Source: Neolecta irregularis DAH-3
Taxonomy: Eukaryota
Length of the DNA stretch: 32,492 nt
Direction of reading: 5' to 3'
NCBI GenBank assembly: GCA_001929475.1
Contig: LXFE01002699.1
Coordinates: forward strand, 1-32,492
Program-made: the position numbers and the translations under genes
Shown: one piece after another, positions 1-12,960 of the stretch
How the letters are laid out: every line of letters starts with the position of its first letter
Numbering within the stretch: the first letter of the stretch is position 1
Notes under the pieces: model-generated
What the model was told of the DNA's origin: nothing
The model's database searches: none
What the model saw: the letters and a program-made list of their open reading frames with translations, nothing else

Positions 1-190
1 GTCGACGAATTCTCTTTCCGAAAAGCTAGAGGCGTACCATGGCGCTCGTCAAGTCGAGAAATGGGTTGTGCAATACAAACTTTATCGGGAGACTCTGAAT
101 CCAAATTCTCCTAAAGTACTCCACCAACTGTTTCTGTCACAGTTCCCGAAGAGCATGTTCTGTCTAATTAATGATATTGTGGTGGAAATG
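1..190 (+). repeat. Near-identical copy of 24539-24728 (internal MED20 exon), followed by N gap 191-200; probable alternative-haplotype fragment
   Basis: Identical to 24539-24728 except pos 67 T vs 24605 C (GTT/GTC, Val) and pos 124 C vs 24662 T (CAC/CAT, His). Confidence 0.93.
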
Positions 191-254
191 NNNNNNNNNN
201 TCGTTTAGAGATATGATTTACTTGGCCTAGACACTATTTTTGAAAAAGAACATG

Positions 255-1319
255 TTAGTCGCCGAAATAAATACTAATGTCACGCCATTCTTGTGCCATT
301 TTTGTGTTTCCAATGTCCGTATATAAAGCAGTCAGAAAATGTGAGGCAAGTGCAGAGCCATCTTTCGCGGCTTCTTCGAAATGATGGATTTTATCACCAG
401 TGTCTTTGGCCAGTAGGGCAAGGTGAAGGTGAGCACGCTTCATTCCTAAGCCGATTAGCATGTCTGTAACGAAATTATCATACCAAGCTGCGCAGCTTTT
501 CGAAAAGCTTCCTGGGCTTCTGCTGCTCTCGAATCTTCTTTTAAAAGTTTCGCCAGAATGAGAGCCGCATTACCGTTACCAGCATCCATAGCTAAACGGT
601 AAAATTCTAAGCTTTCTGCCTTTTTTCCTGACTGCAAAACCAACGTTGCCTTGTATTCAAGTGCATCCGGTTGCCTTTCTTCAACAAGCTTTCGAAAACG
701 TTGTGTAGATTCATTTTTTTCCTTTAACGAAGTAGGATGCAACATATTTCGACGCACGAGATGAAAGGTAGCATGTCGATCGCCGAGGAGACTTGTTGTT
801 CGGAGAATCAGGGTTGATAAGGGATCCCACGCGTTTTGATTCTGTTTCATTGCCACTTTGAGCTTGTTTATATGTAAAGCAATGCTAGTTAGTATGCTTG
901 GTGGAATTTTGAAAGCTATGGGGTTAACTAATGGGTTTGCAGCCAGCACTCACATTCTTGAAGAGTACTAGCAGCCTGCTTAGGATTCTGAGCAGATATT
1001 ATCATCTCTAAAGCCTTCCGTAGAGTGGTAGGTCGAACTTCTAATTCGAGGGCATGGACTAGCGCTCTCAGAAAGTTGTCCTGTGGCAACTGTATTGAGG
1101 GTAGTTTAGGTCCAGGTACAACATAGGTCACTATTTTCGATCTGTTCATCAACTACAGAAGTTTCCGAGTTCTTACTGTCTGTCTGTTATGGTGCATACG
1201 CTACGATACTGTGACTGTAGAAACGAATGGGCCATTGGTAAATTTTGTGCGGGTCTGAAAATCAGGAACAAGGACTTCAAATTCATATGGAATAAATTTG
1301 CCCTTGATGGCGTCGACAT
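255..1319 (-). CDS. Sel1/TPR-like repeat protein, probably mitochondrial Mss2-like; multi-exon
   Basis: Consecutive minus-strand ORF pieces join via short GT-AG introns. Sel1-like helices (EFYRLAMDAGNGNAALILA, EAFRKAAQLG, HFEEAAKDGSALASHFL, AQEW) and a basic/hydroxylated N-terminus resembling a presequence. Start is ATG 1319 or 1286. Confidence 0.65.
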
Positions 1320-1420
1320 GTTTCTGGGGAAGCTACAGTGAAGAAATGTGAGGTCACGTCTAGACTGATACAATTTTAGTTTTTATTCTATCCATAACAT
1401 GATCTCGGTAGTCTAGATCA

Positions 1421-2621
1421 ATGCAAACATTACATCCAAAGAGGTTATCACCGCAGGAGAAACGCTCCCAGACTTCAGTCAACGGCCCCAAGATGAGAAA
1501 AGGAGATCGTGTCTTAGCAGACACCATGACAGCCATTTCACCTTCACATCAATTTTCAAGTCATTCTCATACCACACCAAGTAACCCTAACCCAAACCTC
1601 ACAGAAATAGAAAAAATAGAAAGGATGTCGCCTCTAGAGCTTGGGATCCGCGCAGTCCAAAATCACATTGGCCCGCATTATCGCAAGAAAAGAAAATTGG
1701 AACATCCACAGCCTCTCGAAGCCTGCGAAACTTCGATTGACGGTAACAAATCTACAGGGATCGGGAAACAGGCCGGTTTGCTATCTTCTCAGCCGCTTCA
1801 GGACGAAAATAAAATAAAATCTGTAATAGAACCCGAGTTCATTACCATTGAGGACATGACTCATGGCACTATACAACAGGGCTTTGGCGGTAAAATGGTA
1901 ACAAGAGACAAACTCAATCATTCCGAGAGCGACTCGGACACCGAAGCGCCGGAAATTGTTACTCTGTCGGACGGGAAGGCTGATGCAGATCAACGGGTGA
2001 AAACTCTGATGGGGATAAAGAAATTGTATAGGGCTTTTCTTATTCTCAAACCTGACTTATAGGAAGAAAGATGAGCAGAAGAAGAAGTGGAGAATGCGAG
2101 AGGCCAAGCATAAAGAGAACAAGGAAATATCTTTGAGTCAAAAGGCATTCATTTCTGAAGAGAACACTTTAAACTCCCCACTTAAAGAATCTCACTTCAA
2201 CAGAGACCTGACTTCAAATATTACATCGGGATCCGAGGACGAGCTTGATCTACTAGTTTCGACAAAAAATAGTCCATCAAGCCGAAGAAAGCCTCTTCCT
2301 TACCGATTACCTGATTCGGTACTGGCTCCAGCAGACAAGTCCATAGCGACAGAAACTCAGGTCAGTAATAATGCTCATAAGCGATTCGGTTCACATGATT
2401 CCGATGAATTAACAATGCAAACTAAGAAGTCAAAACAACGAACAAAATCCAAAACAAATCTTACAAGAGATATTGGGCCGGTCCAAGTTCTGGTTCTCGA
2501 AAGGGTATCAAACAAAATACCGCCAAAAGCCCAATCAAAGTCCCTGAAGGATCAAACCATGTTCAAGAAAAATACTTTGCGTAAAATGATTACAGTGCCG
2601 AAGGGATTGGCAAAGAAATAA
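1421..2621 (+). CDS. Bud21/Utp16-like U3 snoRNA-associated nucleolar protein; intron 2026-2062
   Basis: A 37-nt GT-AG intron joins the two ORFs in frame (KKL|KKDEQKKKWRMREAK). Motifs SDSDTEAPE, LPYRLPDSVL and RDIGPVQVLVL...IPPKA resemble the U3_snoRNA_assoc family. Start codon uncertain. Confidence 0.6.
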
Positions 2622-2916
2622 AGACTTTTGAGATTCCTGGGATATCATTGATAAGGGAAATTCATCATTCGTTCATCGTGGTGGTCGACATAATCGCTTT
2701 TCAATGAAAATTATCAAGCACAGTATATTCCATATACATAGAAAGAAGGATCTTGAATTTAGCTGTATCAGCAATGATTAGTTAGCTGTTCATGACGTTT
2801 TTCCTGCCGTTCATTGGACAGCGGACTTTATATAAACACATTCACTGTTGGCAACAATAAGCCACTCGCCGTTGAGAAATCTAAAGTTTACTGTACAGTC
2901 GGTGAAAGTCTATCCG

Positions 2917-3422
2917 TCAAATAACCATTGCTCCTCTGCCATGTCCTCTGCCCCTCCCGCGACCACGTCCTCGTCCGCTTGATGTGTGTCCATTGTCATC
3001 GGTTCCATCATCTTGGTGCATGGGATCTGGATACTTTTCAATGATATCGACCAGAAAATCAAATTGTTCTGTTTTGAGAATAGCTTGCTTCCTTGCCATG
3101 TTAACATTTGAGCCGTTTTTTTGACATATGTACATATGAGTGACAGTGACTTTTTTGGCGCCAGCATCTCGAGTTTCCTTGCAAGCTTCTCCAATTATTG
3201 ACTGCATAAACAATTCCAATGCTTTTGCTAAACTATAAGTTTTATTCGATCAGACTAGCTGCTCACACACGATAACAGGAGCGACCTGGGCTACTTTACC
3301 GACGTCTTCATCCGCCTGCATGATCTTCTTGATTCGAGCCTAAAATATATCAGCAACCGAGAATTTGCCGGGACTTGACAGACCACTGGAAAACGACATC
3401 CAGCTTGTCTCCTTGACGCCAT
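2917..3422 (-). CDS. BUR6: Negative cofactor 2 alpha subunit (Bur6/DRAP1), histone fold; 3 introns
   Basis: Spliced sequence reads MASRRQAGCRFPV|ARIKKIMQADEDVGKVAQVAPVIV..KALELFMQSII...EQFDFLVDII, with an RG-rich tail. Confidence 0.93.
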
Positions 3423-4047
3423 TATACACGTGATATATTAGTTGTTTGAAAAATCGGAAATATAAAGGGTATGTGGTGGTGGGTTTTCGAACGCGGTGCT
3501 CGATGACGCCGGACCTGACGCGCGTTTATATAGCTTTTTCTCGGATCTTGTTAGAGGCCGAGCTTTTGAGCTAGTCTATGAGATACATAAAATTCCTTTT
3601 TTCACTATTCACAACTATTGGTACATTTTGGATGTGTAATTAAAGATTCGGAGTTGATATATAAAGCAGCGGGGGCGTGTCATCTTGTCTTCCCTCTTGT
3701 ACGTAAACAGTCCAAATCTCTTGGAGAATTACTGACTTGTTAATGCTATTCCCATTATTTCTATCTGTCTGTCTTGAGGAATTGTACCCGCTTGATATTG
3801 TGTCAATACAGTTGTCTCACTGGGAATGTGGGTCTTGGATGATTATAACAGAAAGCCCAGATTTCCAAGCTTTCTGAACAAAAGCTGTCCTGCGAAAGTC
3901 ATCCTTAACAGCTTCTCATGGCGAGTTTCAGATGGCTTTCAGAAGCAGGCGCGGAAAGATGAAGGGATAACTTGATCTAATATGACAACACCTACCAAAC
4001 ACCGTATGAAGCTCTCTGACCTTGTCGCTTTGAATGTCTCCTATGTA

Positions 4048-5185
4048 CTATCCACCTTGAAATGCTACACCTACCTTTGTGACTTCTGCATTTCCTCCCT
4101 TGGCAAATCCAGTCCCTTCACTCTTCATTTCAATAATACCACGTCCTATTTTATCTTTTTTCGAGACAGTCTTGGGTGAAACGTCCTCTTCGCAAATATA
4201 ACATCTCAAAGTCACTTTAACAAAACGGTCAACACAGGGACTGCAAATTACGTGTCCGCAAGGTTTCATCACTGCCAGTTAGTTCCGGTTACAGAAATGA
4301 GACTTACTGCATGCTTTAAGAGCATTCGTCAGGACTTTTTGACAAGCAGGGCATATCCTTTGCGGATGACCTTCCTTTGTCATTGCATTGGAATCCTCGG
4401 AGAACTTGACGCCGATAAGGGCTTTCAGAGATATTTGATGGGCTTCATCGCGATTTGAAGCTGGACATACTGGATTAAGGGTCTTGGGTCCTTGTGGACC
4501 TTTCCCTTCGGCATTGGGCGTCAGGGATGGCAACCAAAATGACGGCAGTAATGGTTTCGACGCAGCGGCCTTGTTGTCAGAAACAAAAAAGAAGACAGTG
4601 GAATCGTGCCTTTTCGTCGATCAAAGCCTTCTTTGCTTTCTCCCCATCTTCTCTCACGACGCGTAACAAATCTTCTTCATCAAGTACGAAAGATCGTTTG
4701 ACGCCTCGCTTTTCTGAGTCTTCCGGTTTTTTTTCGACTGTAGTTTCCCCTTTTCTTACAGCCATAGTTCTATTAGAACCAACTGTTGTATTAAGCCCCA
4801 TTTGAATGAGTTCAAATTCCTTGATCGCTAAAGCCCTTGCTTGTTCCTCTTCATAAAACTTCGTATCTTCCTCGTGTCTTGTATTCTCCGCCATTTCTTT
4901 CTCCATTCGCTTGATTTCCTTCAGCTGAGCCAAGATATTTTCCATCGCGCACTCGCGACAAAATATATCGCCATTTGTCGAACAGGCCACAGGATCTCGA
5001 GCACGAGAGAGACATAAATGACATGCATCAAAGCTCCTAAATGAGTCTCGACCGAGTCGCTGTTTCTTTGTACCGTAATCGAGGAGAGAGCGTTCATAAG
5101 CGGTGAAGAAGGCGAGGGAGGTATTCCGCTGAAGATATAAGCTTTCGATCGAGTTGCAAAATAGTACCTTTGAATGGCGTGACAT
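4048..5185 (-). CDS. NOSIP: NOSIP-like RING/U-box protein; multi-exon
   Basis: MSRHSK|RNTSLAFFTAYER..., RLGRDSFRSFDACHLCL, FWLPSLTP, CPACQKVLTN, KPCGHVICSPCV and C-terminal EGTGFAKGG match the NOSIP family. Confidence 0.9.
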
Positions 5186-6029
5186 TCGAGACTAGACTGG
5201 AGAATAAAAATCGGCCTATGAAGATGACGAATTAGATTGAAGATTTCTTTGCTGAGCTTGAAGACAAATATCGAGGTTCAAAGTCAAGCGACGGAAAATC
5301 TCAAGAGTACTTGTAGTCAAAACCTACACTTTTATCCAATACTCAATGGCCGTAAAAATTTCAGTGCATCGAGGACTGGAATACAGCACAGCATTATCAC
5401 TTGAGTATAGAGGGGTGTGTCTAATACAGCATATGCACTCATGCATGAAGCATGATCCATCCCTCGGTTTAGTGAAAACATATCCACTAAATGAACTACT
5501 GCAGCTAGTAACACACAGGTTGTAGTTGTAGAGCCTTTGGGGATTTTAGGATTCTGGAAACATAGAGGAAAAGAGGAAGACGATTCTTTGATCACGCTCT
5601 GGCATCAATGTTGTAAGACGCCCTGTTTTATCTAATGACCATAGTGTCAAATATGCCAGCCTCATGAGCTAATTCCATTAATAACACTTTCCTCATTCTA
5701 TTTCAGTCGCTCTTTGTATCATTCTTCGACCCTTTCAAAATTTATGAGGTGCGTTACATATCGCTCCAGGCCCCAGGTGTTGAGAGCAAAAGATACCAGG
5801 GTAATTGACAACTCCATTTGTCAATGATAGTCCATGATATCTCTACTTCGAATTTTATTATCCATCGGAACACTTTCGTGTTTAATTTCCGATATTTGCT
5901 ACTTGTTTCCACATCTATAATACTCTCTTGTTTCCTGAACCTTTGGCGAAGTCCCGTAAACAGTCGCGTGGTTTGATGATAACTCGAAATCCCCACACCA
6001 ATTTGCAGCCCTAATAAAGTTTTCTCATT

Positions 6030-6035
6030 TGACTC
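6030..6035 (+). promoter_or_regulatory. TGACTC core (Gcn4/CpcA-type site) about 50 bp upstream of the ILV3 ATG
   Basis: TTGACTCT in the ILV3 proximal promoter; a 6-mer only, so it can occur by chance. Confidence 0.4.
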
Positions 6036-6084
6036 TTCTCCAGATACGACCTTGTCTCCAAACACTCACGCCTGTAGATTGCGC

Positions 6085-8228
6085 ATGTCTTCTTCCAAAC
6101 TTGTCAGAGCCGGCGTACAATCCTCTTTTCCCCGTTTAATGTGTCCATGTCTTTTATCTTGAAGGGTTTTCTCATTCATTTATAGGTCCTATAAACAGAA
6201 TATGGCTAATGGAGTTGAACTGAACAAGTACAGTAAAAATATCACACAACCAAAGTCTCAAGGAGCTTCACAGGCTATGTGTATGTGCATCAAATAGCCA
6301 TGATACTTACGGTCTAGTATATGCCACTGGTCTCTCGGAAAATGATCTTCAGAAAGCTCAAGTTGGAATATCGAGCGTGTACCGTCCTTGTGCAATGGAA
6401 TATATCTATTGACATGGTTAGATGGTACGAAGGGAATCCTTGTAACATGCATCTTTTGGATCTTGCCAAAAGGGTAAAAGAAGGCGTCGAGAAGGCCAAT
6501 TTGATCGGATATATCTTTAATACTATTGGAATAAGCGATGGCATATCAATGGTATCTTCCACTCGAGGCCTTCTAAAATAAGGGAACAAAAGGCATGCGT
6601 TACAGTCTTCAATCTCGAGAAATCATTGCCGATTCAATTGAGACTGTGACCTGCGGCCAATGGTATGACGCCAACCTTAGCATACCAGGATGTGATAAAA
6701 ACATGGTAATTCAAAGATTGGTAAAATAGTGATAAAAAGCCTGGCTGCTTGATCGCAATGGCACGTTTTAATCGTCCGAGCATAATGGTGTACGGAGGAT
6801 CTATTCGACCTGGCAAATCGGCATGTCAAAATGACGCACCTATCGACATCGTTTCAGCGTTTCAAGCATATGGTCAGTTCATTGCCGGGGAAATCAACGA
6901 GGCTACACGAGCAGATATCATTCGTCATGCTTGTCCGGGCAGTGGAGCTTGTGGAGGTATGGTTGCAACTTTTGAACGGCATCTGATCCAAAGGCCTTTA
7001 TACTGCTAATACGAGTATGTTCTACCCTCCAAAGCAACACTGAGCATTAGTGGCATCTGCTGCTGAGGCAATGGGAATGACTCTACCCGGCTCATCATCA
7101 ACACCAGCAGAGAGTCCGGCTAAATTCCGGGAATGCGTGGCAGCTGGACAAGCTATTTATCGTCTCCTTGAAATGGACATAAAGCCACGAGATATAATGA
7201 CAAAAGAAGCTTTTGAAAATGCAATGACGATCGTAATGGTCCTTGGAGGTTCGACGAATGCTGTCATACATTTGATTGCTATTGCCCGAGCCGCCGGCAT
7301 TAGACTCACTCTTGATGATTTTCAGAGAGTTAGCGACAAAGTACCTTTCCTCGCTGACATGAAACCAAGTGGAAAATATGTCATGGAGGATCTTTATAAC
7401 ATCGGCGGTGTCCCAGGTATACTCCCATTTTCGCATTAAAGTTGATCATCACAGCTGTTCTGAAGTATCTCTACCAGGAAGGCCTCATTGATGGGAGTAT
7501 CATGACAGTAACTGGTAAAACGCTCGCGGAGAACCTTGAAACCGTTGTTCCATTAAAAGAAGGTCAAGACCTCCTTAGGCCTCTCTCCAATCCAATCAAG
7601 TCAACTGGTCACATTCAGATACTCCGGGGAAGTCTCGCTCTGGGCGGAAGCGTCGCCAAAATCACCGGTAAAGAAGGCTTCCAATTTCGTGGCAAGGCTC
7701 GCGTTTTTGACGCTGAAGATGCATTCGTCAAGGCTGTTGAGAATGGCGAGATCAAAAAGGGCGAGAAAACTGTAGTTGTTATTCGGTATGAAGGCCCTAA
7801 AGGTGGACCAGGAATGCCTGAGATGCTAAAGCCTTCTGGATTGATAATGGGTGCTGGATTAGGCCATGACGTTGCTTTGATCACTGACGGTCGGTTCAGC
7901 GGTGGTTCTCATGGGTTTTTAATTGGTACTGTTTCTCAAATGCGAGAAATAACTCTAGGCCATATTGTCCCAGAAGCTCAGGAAGGAGGCCCAATCGCTC
8001 TTATTGAGGACGGAGATGAGATTTCGATCAATGCAAAGACTCGAAAGCTTGATCTTCTTGTTCCTGATGTTATCATGACAGAACGAAAGGCTAAATGGCA
8101 ACGACCTCCCTTAAAAGTTTCCAGTGGAACCTTGTACAAGTATTCCAAGTATGTTCTTCAATTAATTGATGTGCTAAGATCTGAGATTAGTGCTGACAGC
8201 ATCAGAAGGCTGTGTGACAGATGCATAG
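6085..8228 (+). CDS. ILV3: Dihydroxy-acid dehydratase, mitochondrial; about 10 introns
   Basis: [93 protein letters not shown]-terminus [14 protein letters not shown] after the last intron. Confidence 0.97.
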
Positions 8229-8758
8229 TATTTATTTAAGCGAGAATATCAAAATCGGACCTTTTTTCGAGAGGTTTTTAGCCTTCGAATTTCGTTTATC
8301 TTGACCAATGGCTTGTTATCGATAGTCTGACTAGTGTATGAAAGCATGAATGTATAAAGCAAAAGCTAATTGGTAATGATGCACACTTGATCTTCACGAA
8401 ATCCTTCATACCGTTTGTTTTTTCTCTTGTTATTCAGATTAGAGGGACAAGTATAACCACCTATGGCCAATTGTAAAGATCTCGTGTGTATCATATTCTA
8501 TACCGAATATGAGGTTGATTTTGAAATTTAACTACTGAATGAAGTACATAATGGTTGCATCATAGCTTCCAAAATCATTTACTCTACCCTAAAATGGTTC
8601 ATCATTTTGTAAAACATGAGTACTGTGCCTATGTTAAAGTTGCTTATTGATCTCCGATCTCCGTTCGATGACTAATCATCCAAGCTTTTAATTTACTGAT
8701 TCATTTCACGAAAACCCTTCTTCGTCCATCTTTCCCGTTCTATGTGCAGGTGTTATAT

Positions 8759-9451
8759 TTACAGATTGGAAACTTCTCCTCTCCACTTAACCCCGCATTT
8801 TTGACATACTGCCATTGAAATTGCCCTTGCAGCACGGATTTCTTCCATTGTAGCTCCATTATTTAATCCACCCTTCAGGTGTCCTCTGAGCTGTGGTGGT
8901 ACATCCAAAGGTATAAGCGTTGCGATCATAACCAACGAGGTTTCGCGAGGTGATAGGATCTGCACGTTCGACATGACGGATCCATATATCGTCTTGATCG
9001 CTGCATCTCCAAGATCCTTATACGACGAGGTTATATTTTTCAAAATCCGTTCAGCGACTTTTCCATATGTTCGGTTGAAAAATTCCTTTCCGCGTTCTTC
9101 AATTTGTGACGATGATAACTTTTCTTTAACTCGTGGTGAGGGATCCTCATGAAGATGATCTGGTAGTGCATTCTTTATAGCTCGCAAGGCATTAATACCC
9201 TTGGGAAGTCCCCCCAGGAGGCTACCTTTGAATAAAGCTTCTCTCATTTTGTGCGTAAGAACCAATTGAGATGCCTGGTCTCGAGCATCATGTTCAAGAG
9301 CGTATCTATAGATTGCAGGAATTTCGTGCGGAAAATTACAGGCGGATAACGCAGTTGCAGCGAGAATATACCAAGGGAATCTTTCCGAGCAACTTAATTG
9401 TTTTAACGATACTATAAAAGCGTTATCGAACAGCAAAGTGGATCCTGCCAT
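8759..9451 (-). CDS. AhpD/carboxymuconolactone decarboxylase-like protein (Pxp2/YJR111C-like), intronless, 230 aa
   Basis: KMREALFKGSLLGGLPKGINAL, ERGKEFFNRTYGK and LSPRETSLV...PQLRGHLKGGLNNGATMEEI fit the fungal Pxp2/CMD family. Confidence 0.82.
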   Translation of the reverse strand: MAGSTLLFDNAFIVSLKQLSCSERFPWYILAATALSACNFPHEIPAIYRYALEHDARDQASQLVLTHKMREALFKGSLLGGLPKGINALRAIKNALPDHLHEDPSPRVKEKLSSSQIEERGKEFFNRTYGKVAERILKNITSSYKDLGDAAIKTIYGSVMSNVQILSPRETSLVMIATLIPLDVPPQLRGHLKGGLNNGATMEEIRAARAISMAVCQKCGVKWRGEVSNL

Positions 9452-9515
9452 TTTGGTGGAGAACTTTACTAGCCACTTCCTCCTAAGTTCGCAACGTCAC
9501 CTCGACATTGATACC

Positions 9516-10417
<902 letters not shown>

Positions 10418-11594
10418 AAAGGACGGCTATGGCGATAGCTGATTGTTAGCGTAGGGTATCATTTTTAGCTTGATTGTGATGAGAAGTATGTCTCAAGAAA
10501 CGTGCAGGAGGCTTAGACTATTAGAAGGTCTTGCATGTCCTCGGAAAGATAGTCTTGATAGGCTGGAGTAGTATCATGGAATGACCAATAGATCTCTCCT
10601 AAATAGTTTCTTTGCAACTCCTGGAATGTCTTGCAATAATACTCATAGTTTTATCTTCTCCCCCGAAAATATATAATCCGTTGACAAAAGCGAAATAAAA
10701 TATATCAGCATACGCCATAAATATAGAGCAAATATTGCCACATAGACAAAAAAGAGAAGAGGTTCGCCAATGTTGCAAAGAAATTGTAATCATCACCGAA
10801 TATAAATTTTCGGAAATGATGGTTGGTGCATTCTGAAAAGAATCTTATCGATGCAGAAGGGATAGATGATGGGTGTTACTAAAACCCTTGTCTTTACTCA
10901 TTAGTCATTTAGTTTAGAGTAGCGAGGGACAAGATCGACTATGTATATGTATTTATAATTTAGGTGGTATAAATGAGATCACCTTAGTGTCTTTCTAAGT
11001 TGGCTTGCTGAGGCGAGTTCTTCGATTGCAGGAAACCGCGGATTGCTTAAAAATTGACTCGGGACGAACTGTCCAAAATTTTATATCTGAAGACCCAAAC
11101 CTGATCGAGAATCCTCGAGCGATTTGCACTATTTGAAGATGCGCTACATCCCAAAATTGAAGCATTAATTAATACAACATTGATCTCACAGACGTACAGC
11201 AATATGGTCAACTCTGCTCCTGATTCTGATTGTTCTGCAGACACGCCATTGAAACATCTTTCAGAGGCCACTGGCCGGCATGGTTTCTGAGAAAGGCAGA
11301 AGGATTTTCCTTCATTGACCTGCCCCTCAATAAAGTGTGAAAAGAAGACTCATAGCATTAAGCTAGAGTTACATTTCACTTTTTGAAATCCCACATTGTG
11401 AATTTAACAAACAGCGAGCTGATGAAAGAAGGCAATAACAGCCTCGGAGTGAAATGCTTGTATATTGTAAATAGCCGAAAGAAACGCAACGATAATGAAA
11501 TTGGAATCTTCGTCATACGTTCCGATTACATTTGTGAACCCCAGATGAGCTCGTACGAAATAATGACTAAAGGTTATGGAAAATATCCATCCAC

Positions 11595-12813
11595 TTATCC
11601 ATCCACTTGATCAATCCCGTTCAGCCGATCGATCGAGGTCAAATCTACTTCGTCCAGTTGGAATGCCTCCGGTCGAATCATATCTGCGAATCCATCGTCG
11701 TCATCGCCGTTTTCTTCCATCGTGAAAACCATTGGTTTGTCCTGGGAACTATTCGTGGATTTTAGCCGGGGAGATATGGGGCTATCTGGTATTTCACTCC
11801 GAATCATTTCTTCCACTTCTTGAAGTAGGGTGGTCGCACGAAACTGTTTGGCTTGTACGTCCTTTAACTGTAATCTCTCGGCTTCAAGGGCTCCCTTATT
11901 GGCATCGAGAAGTTGAGTTAACTGATTTACAAGTTCTTCTCGGGTAGAAACTGCTGCTGTTGCAGCTTTAAAAGCCTCTCCAAGGCTGTTGATAAGATTT
12001 TGTAACTTATGAGCAAGAACAGGCGGATTTGGCATCTGTTCCGATTCTATGATATCTGAGAATGCTCGAGACGCAGTGCTGATTGCAAGAGTGTTGGATG
12101 ACATTGAGGCAGTTAAATTCTGCTGAGCTTTAACCAGTTTGGTCTTCAAGTTAATGAAAATTTTACGAACAATGTACCAGCTCTGGGGGCATGGGCAGAG
12201 TTGGTAACGATGTCCGCGGAAGCGTACCATAGACCGCCCCGTTTCCTTTACCTTTATCCATTACTGATATATTAATTTGATTAAGTGGAGGAGTGCACAC
12301 AGGCAATTGTCTCATCAATTCTCTGCAATGTATCCGCCGGGAAGACTTGCCTCTGTCTCCAAACATCAACTACCCGTTTGACTTTCCCCTGCAGGTCATT
12401 CGATCCCTGACGAAACACTGTTTCCATAGCTGTAACAATAACCTCCTGTTAGATAGACAACGTAACTAAATATACTGGATTAAATGCATTGATGAAATCA
12501 TCCCGTTTCCGAGCTTTACTCTGTTGAGCAACTTCATTTGCAAGGTACATGAGGTTAAGTTTCCTCGACGACGAGGCTTTCTAGATTAGATCTTCGAAGC
12601 CGAGATACTGGAAGAAAAACCCTCTTGAAGACACTGCATCCATACTGGAACGATGGCATTTGCATGGCGACGGTGGAATAAAATCCCTTGTAATGTCAGA
12701 TCTAGGATATATGATTCGGGCCTACATTGTGCAACTGATGTAATTCCTTCTTGTGTATCATTCAAATTCGACAGCTTCGATGTGACTAGATCCGCCGAGA
12801 AATTAGCGCTCAT
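11595..12813 (-). CDS. RTT103: CID-domain RNA polymerase II CTD-binding protein Rtt103/Rhn1; multi-exon
   Basis: FSADLVTSKLSNLNDTQEGITSVAQ..ILFHRRHA and RKLNLMYLANEVAQQSKARK (CID domain), then a coiled coil. The 3' end is uncertain. Confidence 0.87.
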
Positions 12814-12838
12814 AGAGTTTGATTTGAGAGGACTGATA

Positions 12839-12874
12839 GATCAGGAATAAGATCAGGAATAAGATCAGGAATAA
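12839..12874. repeat. Perfect tandem repeat (GATCAGGAATAA)x3 in the divergent RTT103/mL50 spacer
   Basis: Three exact 12-bp units read directly. Confidence 0.95.
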
Positions 12875-12960
12875 GATGGTTGGAGTTGCAGCTAAGAATT
12901 TCTCGGATGGAGGCCAACCGGCACAAAAATCCCAAACGCGACCGAATATTATTCTTAGAC

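Noticed and set aside
1582-1598. TAACCCTAACCCAAACC telomere-like motif
   Set aside because: Lies in frame within a coding region (NPNPN) and is too short to interpret.
3965-3990. AACTTGATCT resembling part of a TPP riboswitch
   Set aside because: The CTGAGA and downstream AATACCAGCG-type motifs are missing, and no thiamine gene is adjacent.
5332-6065. Minus-strand ORFs of 87 and 103 aa between NOSIP and ILV3
   Set aside because: Non-ATG starts and no recognisable motifs, within a divergent promoter region.
10978-11315. Possible small spliced minus-strand gene between YIP1 and RTT103
   Set aside because: A GTACGT donor-like site is present, but I could not build a model with a convincing ATG and a recognisable product.
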